Shown: piece by piece, positions 47,926-58,045 of the stretch
How positions within the stretch are numbered: position 1 is the stretch's first letter
Layout: each line of letters opens with the position of its first letter
From: Ignavibacteriota bacterium
GTDB lineage: Bacteria; Bacteroidota; Ignavibacteria; Palsa-1295
Assembly (NCBI GenBank): GCA_963736195.1
Contig: CAVTNP010000004.1
Span: 627,077 to 691,076 of the forward strand
DNA length: 64,000 nucleotides
Direction of reading: 5' to 3'
Program-made: the position numbers and the translations under genes
The notes under the pieces: generated by a model
What the model saw: only the letters and a program-made list of their open reading frames with translations
The model's database searches: none
What the model was told of the DNA's origin: nothing

Positions 47926-49332
47926 ATGGTTGAAACCGAGCGTACTACGCCTGATCTAACATACACGCTTGACGCTCAAGCGATACGTAAGCATTTTCCT
48001 GCGATCACAAAAGGCCGCATTGTGACGAACAACGCGGCCAGCACGCAGGCGCCCAAAAAGATCGCAGACCTGTTCCGCGAGCTTTCCCCGGATTATGAGA
48101 ACGTTCATCGAGGGCAATCTAATGCCTCCCGCGCGATGACAACCCTGTTCGAATCTTCCTACGATACCATCGCAGCGTTTATTGGCGCGAAGGGGCGTAA
48201 GAATATCGCGCTCTATCGCAATACCACCGAGGCGCATAATTCCATCATGTATTCACTGATGACAGAGTTTCGGGATGGCGATAATGTCGTAACCACCATG
48301 ATGGAGCATAATTCAAATTATGTACCCTGGTACGCTATGTGCCGCGAAATTCTCCCGAAATTTGGAATTAATGTTGATTATCGTATCGCAAATTTTGACC
48401 CCGACACCGGTGAGCTTGATCTGGAGCATTTGGCATCGCTCGTTGATCAGCGAACAAAAATAGTTTGTGCAAGCGGAGCTTCTAATTTTTTGGGTACGAA
48501 AAATCCGATCGGCAAGATCCGTGCGATTGCAAACGGCAGCGGTTATGAGCAACCTTCCGGCGAACTTCGCTCCTATCTGCTCATCGATGGTGCGCAGCTT
48601 GTTCCTAGCACCTACGTTGATGTCGAAGCACTCGATGTAGATTTCCTCTCTTTTTCATTTCACAAAGTGTTAGCACCATTTGGAATTGGAGCACTTTATG
48701 GTAAGGAACATCTCCTGGCACGAATGCGGCCATTTCTATATGGCGGAGACATGGTGGCATCCGGCCAGGTAGGGCCGGAACTTGTATTATACAACGATCT
48801 TCCATGGAAATTTAGCGCAGGAACCCCAAATATTCTTGGAGCCATCGTCAGCGCACAAGCACTCCGGATCCTGCTTGATCTAGCACTTTCGCCAGAAAGG
48901 GATCTGTATTTCATGACGGAAAAAGTGATCGCTCGAACTGACGTAAAGGAAGCAATGGATCGAGTTACCACCTACAATCGATCCTTAACTGAGCGTGCAT
49001 TGGAGCGAATTTCAAAGATTCCAGGTGTCCACATTTACGGTCCTGCTGATGCGAAAGAACGCACGTCGCTTGTGGCGTTTAATGTGGACGATCGCAGCCC
49101 ACACGGCTTAGCCGACGCACTCAACGAGTTTGGAGTCGAATCTCGCGCAGGTTGCCATTGTGCAGATCTTGCGCATCGCGATCTTGGAATTCCGGCAAGC
49201 TGCCGGCTCAGTTTTTACATCTACAACACTTTAGAGGAAGTTGATATCGTGACCGACATTCTGGCGAAGATCGTCCGTGAAAAGATCTACGCCAAGCACC
49301 CGACGATCGGACACACCCTGGCGACGAGCTGA
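47926..49332 (+). CDS. Aminotransferase class V / SufS-like cysteine desulfurase
   Basis: NNAASTQ, NVHRG, MEHNSN, FSFHK (PLP Lys), AGTPNI, RAGCHCA. Confidence 0.9.
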   Translation: MVETERTTPDLTYTLDAQAIRKHFPAITKGRIVTNNAASTQAPKKIADLFRELSPDYENVHRGQSNASRAMTTLFESSYDTIAAFIGAKGRKNIALYRNTTEAHNSIMYSLMTEFRDGDNVVTTMMEHNSNYVPWYAMCREILPKFGINVDYRIANFDPDTGELDLEHLASLVDQRTKIVCASGASNFLGTKNPIGKIRAIANGSGYEQPSGELRSYLLIDGAQLVPSTYVDVEALDVDFLSFSFHKVLAPFGIGALYGKEHLLARMRPFLYGGDMVASGQVGPELVLYNDLPWKFSAGTPNILGAIVSAQALRILLDLALSPERDLYFMTEKVIARTDVKEAMDRVTTYNRSLTERALERISKIPGVHIYGPADAKERTSLVAFNVDDRSPHGLADALNEFGVESRAGCHCADLAHRDLGIPASCRLSFYIYNTLEEVDIVTDILAKIVREKIYAKHPTIGHTLATS

Positions 49333-49338
49333 TCTAAC

Positions 49339-50415
49339 TTAGTTTTCGTGGAAAGATACCAACTTGTAGTTGGTGGTTGTCGCACTCGTTGTTGCTCCTG
49401 TTCCACCTGTACTCTGAGTGCTCGATTGTACATCCTGTCGTTTCGGATAAAAACCTAAGCTGTTTGAAAACCATACCTCGGTCACATTTTCGGCTGATAT
49501 TACGCTGATGAGCCCTTCGAGGGTTGCATTGATACCAATGGACATCGATCCTTGTACCGTTTGAAAAGTATTTCCAGCGGCGGTTACGGATGATGTACCG
49601 ATATATAAACCGGTATCTGAAATAATAACGCTGACAGGGAGACTTTGAATGGTCAGCGTTGAATCAAAGAGAATCCCAGTTACGGGTTGCTTGCTTCCTA
49701 ATGGAATTGTGACCCAAGTAGAAGGAATGTTCGCAACCACACCAAAAGCGATCAACTGTGCACTATATGAACTTAGATCGACAAAAACCGCTATATCCCC
49801 ATTAGACTCAAAATGATAATAGTTCAAATTTCCCGTCGGGCCTCGCACCTCCAGCACATTTGTTTTACCATGAAAGGTCAGGGAATTACTTACGACTGTA
49901 TAAGTAGAATCCCCTTGCGAAACTCCACTCGTGTCAACTGCATAGGTAAAGGTACTACCAGGATTTGGCGAGCTGGCTGATGATCCTGCCACGCCCGTCG
50001 CGGTAAGGGTAATGGTCACCGAAGCATTCGTCCCCCCGACCGTGTAATTGATGCGGTCAGTCCCGGTTTGTGTGCCGGCTGCGGATGGATTGAACTGAAG
50101 ATGGATGGTCGTCACGCTCGGAGCAGCAAGCAGAACCGGATGAACAAAATTTGAATCACTCACTTCCGCAGATGATACAGAATCCGAAGTGATGATGACG
50201 AAGCTCGTCCCACTGTTGACCAAACTGATAGTTGTATCATGCGATTGACCGATCGGCAGTGAACCAAAATTGATATTGAGAGGAATAACTGTTAGGCCGC
50301 CAGCGCTACCTCCACCGGAGGTCGAAGGTGAAGTCGATGACGAGCAACCGCTCATTGCAGCCAGTATCACGATGATGCAAGCCAGATAAAAGGATCGAGT
50401 ATTTTTAAGGGTCAT
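49339..50415 (-). CDS. Lipoprotein with Ig-like (ASH/choice-of-anchor D-like) domain
   Basis: Lipobox MSGC; INFGSLPIG..DTTISLVNSG..FNPSAAG. Confidence 0.75.
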   Translation of the reverse strand: MTLKNTRSFYLACIIVILAAMSGCSSSTSPSTSGGGSAGGLTVIPLNINFGSLPIGQSHDTTISLVNSGTSFVIITSDSVSSAEVSDSNFVHPVLLAAPSVTTIHLQFNPSAAGTQTGTDRINYTVGGTNASVTITLTATGVAGSSASSPNPGSTFTYAVDTSGVSQGDSTYTVVSNSLTFHGKTNVLEVRGPTGNLNYYHFESNGDIAVFVDLSSYSAQLIAFGVVANIPSTWVTIPLGSKQPVTGILFDSTLTIQSLPVSVIISDTGLYIGTSSVTAAGNTFQTVQGSMSIGINATLEGLISVISAENVTEVWFSNSLGFYPKRQDVQSSTQSTGGTGATTSATTTNYKLVSFHEN

Positions 50416-50436
50416 CGTCTTGAATGATAATGTTGA

Positions 50437-51489
50437 TTAATAGGCCTTGAAACTCGTGAGCGTGATTTCATCTCCACCGCCCGTAACAGTTCTCGTTTTC
50501 CCAACGGTCTTAACGCCCTTCTTAACTTTTGAATGTCGCACAATAGCACTGATGTCCGGGCTGAAATACATTTCCACTTCTACTTTGATAACGTTTTGAC
50601 CCCCGCTGAATGAATAGATCGCTTGCTCAGAAAGATGAACGTGTGATGCCTGCACTTGGACACCCTCGATCGTAGTAGGAAGGGTTTCTACGTAATTGGC
50701 ACTATCATTGATCGTGAGTTGTACCGGGATCCCGGTAGCACTATCGTTATAGTTCTGTACGTCGGAATAAAGCTGGAAGCTCCCGCGGTGGGTTCCGAAA
50801 GGTAAGGTCTGCCAGCCGCTGCCAATGATATTCGTTGAAGGATTGGTTGGAAAACCATTCACGTAAACGCTGACGTCGCCATTATCTTCGATGATAAAAT
50901 ACGTGGAGTCTGAGGTTCCGGTAACATTCGAAGAATCCTCATAATTGATGCCAGACTGAATGACACTATCCACATGGGTATATGGTGAACCGATCACTTT
51001 ACCGGCGGTATCAAGATTGTTGGCAGTGTAAGTATAGACCGAGTGAAGCCCAGGAACATACGGTACGCCATTACCGGTGAGCGTGACAGTCAGCGACGAA
51101 TCCTGTGAGGCATTACTGTTGATGATAAGCGTTGCGCTTGCAGTCCCGGTTTGTGATGGGCAGAATTGTAGCTTCATCGGACCGGAGCCCGAAGGCGGAA
51201 TGACTGAGTCAAGCGATACAACTGTGAACGCAGGTGCCTGCGGAGTTGCCGAGTGGATGTGCAAGGTATCCGAGCCGGTATTCTGGATCGAAATGATTGA
51301 GTCTCGCGGAACTCCAAGCAATGTGTCGGCGCATACCCCGAGTCGACCATTGCCGAGATTGATCGAGGTCGGAAGAGCCAGGGTTCCACTCGAGACAGGC
51401 GGCGTTGTTGTCGTTGATGCAGAACAGCCGGAAAAAAGATACCCGACTGCAAATATCAAAATGGTATTTATTAAATGCTTGTATTTCAT
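50437..51489 (-). CDS. Lipoprotein with Ig-like (ASH-like) domain, paralogue of 49339-50415
   Basis: Lipobox FSGC; IQNTGSDTLHI..FCPSQTG; shared PGxxSxYTY, NGDV and W.TLP.G motifs. Confidence 0.75.
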   Translation of the reverse strand: MKYKHLINTILIFAVGYLFSGCSASTTTTPPVSSGTLALPTSINLGNGRLGVCADTLLGVPRDSIISIQNTGSDTLHIHSATPQAPAFTVVSLDSVIPPSGSGPMKLQFCPSQTGTASATLIINSNASQDSSLTVTLTGNGVPYVPGLHSVYTYTANNLDTAGKVIGSPYTHVDSVIQSGINYEDSSNVTGTSDSTYFIIEDNGDVSVYVNGFPTNPSTNIIGSGWQTLPFGTHRGSFQLYSDVQNYNDSATGIPVQLTINDSANYVETLPTTIEGVQVQASHVHLSEQAIYSFSGGQNVIKVEVEMYFSPDISAIVRHSKVKKGVKTVGKTRTVTGGGDEITLTSFKAY

Positions 51490-51578
51490 AACAATTCACA
51501 AGAAAAGGGTTGTAGGAAAGCACTTATTATGTAGGAAGCACTATAAAGGTAAGTTTAGTTCGCCATTGAGATAGGACG

Positions 51579-52631
51579 CTAGAACTGCTCCAAGAAACGG
51601 TAATCGTTCTCATAGAAATCCCGAAGGTCGTTGACTCCATATCGCATCATGGTGGTGCGCTCAATACCGATACCAAACGCGTAGCCGGTATATACCTCCG
51701 GATCAATTCCACAGGCAGTGAGTACGTTGGGATGAACCATTCCCGCACCCAATATTTCAAGCCAGCCAGAATTCTTGCACACCCGGCAGCCTTTTCCTCC
51801 GCAGATATAGCAGCTAACATCAACCTCTGCGCTTGGCTCAGTGAATGGGAAAAAGCTGGGTCGGAGACGGATCTTTGCATCGCTCCCAAACAATTGCCGT
51901 GCAAACGAAAGCAACACACCTTTGAGATCAGCCATCGAAACGCCAGTATCGACAACAAGGCCCTCCATCATGAAAAATGCCACGGCACTGCGAGCGCTGA
52001 TCGCCTCATTCCGATAAACCCGGCCTGGCATGATGGCCCTGATAGGCGGCTTCTGACGCTCCATCAATCGTATTTGCACCGAAGAAGTGTGGGTGCGCAA
52101 CAATAGTGGCGACGCGTCGCCGGACTTCCAACCGGCGTTCGGCTTCACAAAAAAAGTATCCTGCATATCGCGAGCGGGGTGGTCGGCTGCAAAATTTAGC
52201 TTCCCAAAATTGTGCTCGTCATCTTCGATCTCGGGACCGTATTCTACTGCAAATCCCATTCTTTCGAAGATCCCGATCATTTCATTCATGGTCTTCATGA
52301 GCGGGTGTTCATGGCCCGGTGATGTGACGGGGATGGTGCGTGCCGGCAGGCTTAGATCGACATGCTGATGCCCTAATATGGCGCGTTCGCCGACAGCGGC
52401 TTCCCGTTCCACAAATCGCTCTTCAACGGCTTTCCGAAGAAAATTCAGTTCTTTGCCTGCGGTGGGCTTATCTTCTTTCAAAACAGTTCGAAGTTCATCG
52501 AACATCGCAGCGATAGTGCCTTTTCGCGTGAGATGCGCAAGCTTGAAGGCTTCGAGCTCCGATCCGCTGGTAATGCTGTCAAGTTCCGCAAGCAGCTTTT
52601 CGCGTAAAATAGAGATTTCGTTCAATGTCAT
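51579..52631 (-). CDS. pheS: Phenylalanine--tRNA ligase alpha subunit
   Basis: HPARDMQDTF, LLRTHTS, PGRVYR, FPFTEPSAE, AFGIGIER. Confidence 0.97.
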   Translation of the reverse strand: MTLNEISILREKLLAELDSITSGSELEAFKLAHLTRKGTIAAMFDELRTVLKEDKPTAGKELNFLRKAVEERFVEREAAVGERAILGHQHVDLSLPARTIPVTSPGHEHPLMKTMNEMIGIFERMGFAVEYGPEIEDDEHNFGKLNFAADHPARDMQDTFFVKPNAGWKSGDASPLLLRTHTSSVQIRLMERQKPPIRAIMPGRVYRNEAISARSAVAFFMMEGLVVDTGVSMADLKGVLLSFARQLFGSDAKIRLRPSFFPFTEPSAEVDVSCYICGGKGCRVCKNSGWLEILGAGMVHPNVLTACGIDPEVYTGYAFGIGIERTTMMRYGVNDLRDFYENDYRFLEQF

Positions 52632-52700
52632 GACCTAATGGAACGCACACAGCATGGAAATCGCGCCGCAGAAACCAGAATCAGCCCGGCTTTCACCAAC

Positions 52701-54080
52701 CTAACGCTTACGGACATAGCGGTCCACAAAATTCCGTATGATTCCGGTAAACACTCGATCCACGCCCAACCCAGATCCACTCTGAATCGATGCAGTATTT
52801 AAAACAGCCGTGCCATTCTTATGATAGGTGATGGTCATTTCCCCACCACCGGAGCCATCCCATCGCGGATCGGAGGCATCATAAATAGTGCCGATCTCAG
52901 CAGAGGCGCAGTTCAAACCTTGCGCTATAATATCTATGCTGCCAGTCTGCTGTGTCGCTTTATCTGTTTCAGCGCCGCTGATGGGTTTTCCATCAATACC
53001 CGTCATGCCGAACAGAAGTCCCGGCTGAACATCCAATCCATCAAGCACCCAATGGCTTTTTTCCGACACAAGGCGGTACGGCGCGAAGGTGAACATTCCT
53101 AAGCCATTATACCGACCGCCAAGGTATTTCTGCGGTGGACGAAAATGGTGCTTCCACATACCTCCATACGAAAGGGAATGATCGAAAAACGTTACATCCT
53201 TATGACATTCCATGACGGTGTGACCCGCATTCCATCGCACGACCCAAAACAGCTGGTTAGCCCCGAGCAATATCAGCGAAATTCCGCGTTGGACAATCGA
53301 GCGAACCGCTGAGTGCATTTGCTTTGAAATGTACTCACAATGATATGCCAGAACGAGCAAATCGCATGCTTCAAGAATTCCTTCCTGCTCGAGCAAATAA
53401 TCGGGAATGATCGACACGTTCGGATAGGTTTTTGAAAACCAATTGAAAATATTTGCTTCGACGTTGATCGAGTGGTTCGTCTCAAACGCTGTATTGGGTC
53501 GTTGAGTCGAAACATGATACACCGTCTGTTTGGCAAACTTATTTTGATAGAGCGATTTCCCTCCCCACGGGTTATACGCGGTCCATGTTGATACCGGTGC
53601 TACCAGTACAATGCCTTTCGGAATGCGTTGACCGACAATAAAGTAGATCTCAAACGTCGCACCTGTTTCTTCGTCGAGAAGCTGGGCCTGATAATACCCA
53701 CTGATAAAATCCTCGCCGATCGGGATGGTCTGGGAAGGGTTCCACGAACAGCCTTGCTCGGAGCAATTAACAGGGATCGTTTGCTCCTGCGCCCCAAACG
53801 CGGTTGAATAGACATTCTCATACTCGAACGGTCCAACCATTCTTCGGATCGTCAGGGTATTTCGCGATCCACGAGAGCGGAGAAAAAAGATAATTTGCTC
53901 GCCGGGCAAATAATATGGTTTATCGGTATAACCTTCCGGGGATCGTGGCTCCATATCGCCGGTAGGGGCAGAGCGCACGAACGATACAAACCGGTAGCGA
54001 TAAAAGCGTATGAAGATCGTCAGCCCCACGAGCCCTGCTGCTGCGGCAAGGCAGATGCCGATCGTTACAATAAGGCTCAT
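52701..54080 (-). CDS. N,N-dimethylformamidase large-subunit-like domain protein, membrane-anchored
   Basis: N-terminal TM; EGYTDK..Y.PG, SGYY, STWTAYNPWGGKSLY..VSTQRP and HCEY motifs. Confidence 0.7.
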   Translation of the reverse strand: MSLIVTIGICLAAAAGLVGLTIFIRFYRYRFVSFVRSAPTGDMEPRSPEGYTDKPYYLPGEQIIFFLRSRGSRNTLTIRRMVGPFEYENVYSTAFGAQEQTIPVNCSEQGCSWNPSQTIPIGEDFISGYYQAQLLDEETGATFEIYFIVGQRIPKGIVLVAPVSTWTAYNPWGGKSLYQNKFAKQTVYHVSTQRPNTAFETNHSINVEANIFNWFSKTYPNVSIIPDYLLEQEGILEACDLLVLAYHCEYISKQMHSAVRSIVQRGISLILLGANQLFWVVRWNAGHTVMECHKDVTFFDHSLSYGGMWKHHFRPPQKYLGGRYNGLGMFTFAPYRLVSEKSHWVLDGLDVQPGLLFGMTGIDGKPISGAETDKATQQTGSIDIIAQGLNCASAEIGTIYDASDPRWDGSGGGEMTITYHKNGTAVLNTASIQSGSGLGVDRVFTGIIRNFVDRYVRKR

Positions 54081-54098
54081 CTCAACAATGAGTGGCGC

Positions 54099-55193
54099 TT
54101 ACACACCGTACTTCGTGCGTTTGCTGCACATAAGCCCATAGGCATCGATGCAATGCGTACATTGTTCGGGGATCTCCGCGTGCCGGTGCTTTTCGCGGAA
54201 GGCTCGCACTTCTTGCGAACGATAAATATCCAGAATGTTGTCGGTAAGAACATTCCCGAACCGGACGGGTGGGCCCTGTTTGGTCTCACCGAAAAATTCG
54301 AAAGGAGTGCTCTCGTTTAGGAAATCACACGGCGACACATTACCCTTCTGGTCGATATACACCGCCTCAACGATGCTGCATCCCATCGGTTTTGGCGTCA
54401 GACCCGGAACGTAGATGGTCATATTATTTCGCTCCACGCGATCGATCGCTTGGCGAAAAATACGCTCAGCTTCTGCATTGCCAGCCGGCGTGTAAAGATA
54501 TTGATCCCGGAACTTCGGCGTGAAAGAAAGAAGATTGTTAACATAAATGGTTTTGACTCCAAGGTCCCGAACAAAATCGACGTAATCGGGCAACTCGGCT
54601 ATGTTATCTTTATGCGCCACGAAAACCACCCCAACCCTTGCTTTCCAATCGAGTGCAACCGCTTTACGAATTGTGGAAATGATCTGATCGTAGCTGGCGC
54701 CGGTTTTGAACCGCTCGACGGTTTCCTTATTCATTCCATCCAGCGAAATGGTGAGTTCCGATATTGGATAGCTAGCCAGGCGCGCCAATTTGGCATCATC
54801 GATCAGCATTGTGTTCGAATGGATCGGAAACTGTATCTTCGGATTGACCTTCAGCACAGCGTCCATCATTTCAAAGATGCGCTTATGCATCAGTTCCTCG
54901 AATGTGGAAAACTGAAAATACTCGGCGTGTTTTACAGCGGGAGCAATGCGGTCTAATATTTTAAGAAAAAACTCCAGATGCATAATATTATTATGCGCAT
55001 CCGGAATCTCGACTCCGTAGTTCGTAATAAAGCAATGCTCGCATGCCAAATTGCATGCGGTGACCGTATTGACAATAATGTGAACCGGGTACTCCAGCAG
55101 CATGTGCCGAATACCGCGTGACACCTTCTGTGGCAACGCGCTGATTGGCGTATTGCTTATCTTCGTGACGATGAGTGGAAGGTCGAGGTTCAT
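54099..55193 (-). CDS. Radical SAM protein with SPASM/twitch domain
   Basis: CNLACEHC motif, ISLDG, C-terminal C...GNVSPC...CTHC...C; probable start MNLDLP. Confidence 0.92.
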   Translation of the reverse strand: MNLDLPLIVTKISNTPISALPQKVSRGIRHMLLEYPVHIIVNTVTACNLACEHCFITNYGVEIPDAHNNIMHLEFFLKILDRIAPAVKHAEYFQFSTFEELMHKRIFEMMDAVLKVNPKIQFPIHSNTMLIDDAKLARLASYPISELTISLDGMNKETVERFKTGASYDQIISTIRKAVALDWKARVGVVFVAHKDNIAELPDYVDFVRDLGVKTIYVNNLLSFTPKFRDQYLYTPAGNAEAERIFRQAIDRVERNNMTIYVPGLTPKPMGCSIVEAVYIDQKGNVSPCDFLNESTPFEFFGETKQGPPVRFGNVLTDNILDIYRSQEVRAFREKHRHAEIPEQCTHCIDAYGLMCSKRTKYGV

Positions 55194-55283
55194 GGGGTGG
55201 ATGTTAATTCGCGAGCGATAGCAAGGACAAGAGAGAACGTGGATTCGTTCACACTCGCCCATCGCATGCCAGAAATCATCGGT

Positions 55284-56225
55284 TCAGCCCCTAAAAGCGT
55301 CTGTAGCCTCGATAAGTGCAGATCGGTTTTCCGGCTCGAACGCTGAATGGCCCGACATTGGCGTAATTACCAACTTGGCCTCCGGAAAAGCGCGATGCAG
55401 ATCCCATGCGCTTCGAATTGGACAAACGACATCATACCGGCCCTGCACTATGACCGTGGGAATATGGCGAATGCGGTCGACATCCCTCAGCAGCTGACCA
55501 TCCTCCATAAATCCCTTATTGAAGAAGTAATGGCACTCGATCCGAGCGAATGCTATTGCGAAATCATCATCGCTGTAATGTGCAACCATATCCGGATCGA
55601 CGAGTAATTTTGAGGTTGAACCCTCCCATCCACTCCACGCACGGGCGGCTTCAAGCTGAACTTTGCGGTCGGTGCCGGTAAGGCGTTTGTGATACGCAGT
55701 GACAAAATCATTCCGCTCTGCTTCGGGGATCGGCTTGATGTAATCCTCCCACTTATCCGGGAAAATCGCGTCGGCGCCTTTTTGGTAGAGCCAATCAATT
55801 TCCCATTGGCGGACGAGAAAAATTCCACGCAGTACCAAGTGGGTGACGCGCTCAGGATGCGTTTCAGAGTACGCAAGCGAAAGCGTCGAACCCCATGACC
55901 CGCCGAACACCAGCCATTTTTCAATTCCAAGATGCTCCCGCAGCTTTTCCATATCGCGAACCAGATCCCAGGTCGTATTCGCTTCGAGCGAAGCATTCGG
56001 CGTACTCTTACCGCAGCCGCGCTGATCGAAAAGGATGATGCGATAGTACTTCGGATCGAAGTACCTGCGATGCTCCGGCTGCGTTCCTCCGCCAGGCCCG
56101 CCATGCACAAACACGGCTGGGAATCCATTAGGATTGCCGCTTTCTTCATAATACATCGAATGAATATCCGATACTTTGAGATGGCCTTGATTGTAAGGAT
56201 CGATTGGGGGGTAGAATTCTCTCAT
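55284..56225 (-). CDS. pip: Proline iminopeptidase
   Basis: HGGPGGG, FDQRGCGKS, FGGSWGS, GRYDVVCP, GHS. Confidence 0.96.
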   Translation of the reverse strand: MREFYPPIDPYNQGHLKVSDIHSMYYEESGNPNGFPAVFVHGGPGGGTQPEHRRYFDPKYYRIILFDQRGCGKSTPNASLEANTTWDLVRDMEKLREHLGIEKWLVFGGSWGSTLSLAYSETHPERVTHLVLRGIFLVRQWEIDWLYQKGADAIFPDKWEDYIKPIPEAERNDFVTAYHKRLTGTDRKVQLEAARAWSGWEGSTSKLLVDPDMVAHYSDDDFAIAFARIECHYFFNKGFMEDGQLLRDVDRIRHIPTVIVQGRYDVVCPIRSAWDLHRAFPEAKLVITPMSGHSAFEPENRSALIEATDAFRG

Positions 56226-56242
56226 TTTGTTTATTTTTAAGC

Positions 56243-56351
56243 GTCATTGCGAGAAGCATTTTGCGACCGGAGGGAGCTAAATGCGACGAAGCAATCTGTA
56301 ATGTTGAGATCGAGACTGCTTCGTCGTCCCTCTGGGACTCCTCGCAATGAC
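56243..56351. repeat. RPE/REP-like palindromic element (GTCATTGCGAG...CTCGCAATGAC)
   Basis: 11-bp terminal inverted repeat plus inner GACGAAGCAATCT/AGACTGCTTCGTC. Confidence 0.8.
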
Positions 56352-56366
56352 AGAAAAACTCTTTGT

Positions 56367-57332
56367 TTATGAAATAAATATCGGCTCTTCCAGTATTTGA
56401 TCGATACTCGTTAACGTTGTATTCCACGAAGCCCATTCCACTGCTCTTGCAAGTGCCTCTTCGGGTCGTTTACCATATAACAGAAAAAACGTGAATGCCG
56501 AGCCAAACACATCCCCAGAGCCAGTTGTCTCAACTACCTCAACGGTTGGTGGTGTGGCATTAAACACCATTTTCTGCTCGAAATCGAACAGGGTTGCGCC
56601 GCGCTCTGCTCGCGTCAGAATGAGATGCCGAAGCTTTGGAAACTGCTGACATAGAAGAATATATTGTAATAGTTCCGCTTCAGACTTGATCTCAGGGTCT
56701 GCGAACCAGCGCACTTCCAGCTCGTTCAGTTGCGCCGAGTCTGCGAGGGCAAGCCACCGTTTCCATTCTTTTACTCCACGCGGTTCGCGGCCTCGACCCA
56801 ACGGAGCATTTTCATCGCGTTCTGAGAGTGAACCAAGCACCAGCGCATGAATATCAATGTGAACATACGGTCGTTTTGCAACCCCATCCAACGCTGCTTC
56901 CAAAGTGTCAATGGAAACATCATACCCTGAGATCATATTGACGAACAAACCGTCTAACGAGTCCATCACGTCCACCGAAAGTTGGTCCGGGTTTAATGAT
57001 GGAAGAATATGCGGGCAATGCTCCGTCCGTTCGCCATTTCCCCGATACACAAGCTGAACGCGGTTTGTCAGCGAATCCGTTGGCCAGAGCCCGATATTGC
57101 GTTCAAGATGGCCAAGTTTGCCAAGCAGAGATTCGAGGAATGGGCGATCTGGATCCGATAGCCACGTTAATGGCGCAAACGAATCGATTTCCGAACCGCA
57201 CTCCCTCATCAATCGCTCCATTGCGGTGTAGGAATAGAGCACACCACCTAAGGCTTGCTCAGGCACTGTGGAAGGATTTTCTACATGGATGATCTCATCG
57301 ATGCAGGGCTGCCCAATAATTCCAACACGCAT
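56367..57332 (-). CDS. PfkB family carbohydrate kinase
   Basis: QLNELE, LTRAERGA, ETTGSGDVFG. Confidence 0.85.
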   Translation of the reverse strand: MRVGIIGQPCIDEIIHVENPSTVPEQALGGVLYSYTAMERLMRECGSEIDSFAPLTWLSDPDRPFLESLLGKLGHLERNIGLWPTDSLTNRVQLVYRGNGERTEHCPHILPSLNPDQLSVDVMDSLDGLFVNMISGYDVSIDTLEAALDGVAKRPYVHIDIHALVLGSLSERDENAPLGRGREPRGVKEWKRWLALADSAQLNELEVRWFADPEIKSEAELLQYILLCQQFPKLRHLILTRAERGATLFDFEQKMVFNATPPTVEVVETTGSGDVFGSAFTFFLLYGKRPEEALARAVEWASWNTTLTSIDQILEEPIFIS

Positions 57333-57991
57333 CAGGCCTGCCCTGCGCGAACGATATGAAAATTGAACTGCGGAGATTTGAACAGCCCCATCAGCCTGAC
57401 CCAGATCGGCAATAGTTGTTCTGTTCCCCGCGCGGTGGTTATATCGCCCAGATCAATTACGTTCTTCCATCCGAACCACTCTGTAAGAATTTTGCGGACC
57501 ATCACTTTGGCACCCGTATCGTTGCCACTCATAAAAAGATCATGTTCGCCCGGCAGAAGTGACGGGTTCACCATGAGCACACAATTCACCGTGTTTAGCG
57601 TTTTCACGATTTTTGCTTCCGGGAATTCCCTCTGAATTTGCTCACCGAGCGAATCGTCATTACAAATAGTGAGTGTTGGCGGGAATCCCTTGGAAAAATC
57701 GAGTGGGTTGGAGACATCGATCAATATCTTCCCAGCCAGATTTGCACTGCCAGCCATTCGAAGGGCTTCCAGGGTACCCATTCCATTTGTGCAAACAAAT
57801 AGTATCTCCCCAAATGCTGCAGCATCGGCAAATGTCCCCTGCGATGCATTCGCACCGGTCTTGCCGACCCATCCCGCGGCTTTTTCATTCGTGGATGTGC
57901 GCGAACCCATCCGCACATTATGCCCTAACTCGACAAGTTTCGAACCGATCGTCTGTCCAACGATCCCGCTACCTAAAATAGCTATTTTCAT
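57332..57991 (-). CDS. NADP oxidoreductase, F420-dependent family
   Basis: MKIAILGSGIVG, LIDVSNP, IVKTLNTV, IDLGDI. Confidence 0.9.
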   Translation of the reverse strand: MKIAILGSGIVGQTIGSKLVELGHNVRMGSRTSTNEKAAGWVGKTGANASQGTFADAAAFGEILFVCTNGMGTLEALRMAGSANLAGKILIDVSNPLDFSKGFPPTLTICNDDSLGEQIQREFPEAKIVKTLNTVNCVLMVNPSLLPGEHDLFMSGNDTGAKVMVRKILTEWFGWKNVIDLGDITTARGTEQLLPIWVRLMGLFKSPQFNFHIVRAGQA

Positions 57992-58045
57992 TTTCGTAAA
58001 AAGATAAAATTATCTACAAAATTAAGGAGAAATGAGGCGCAACTG

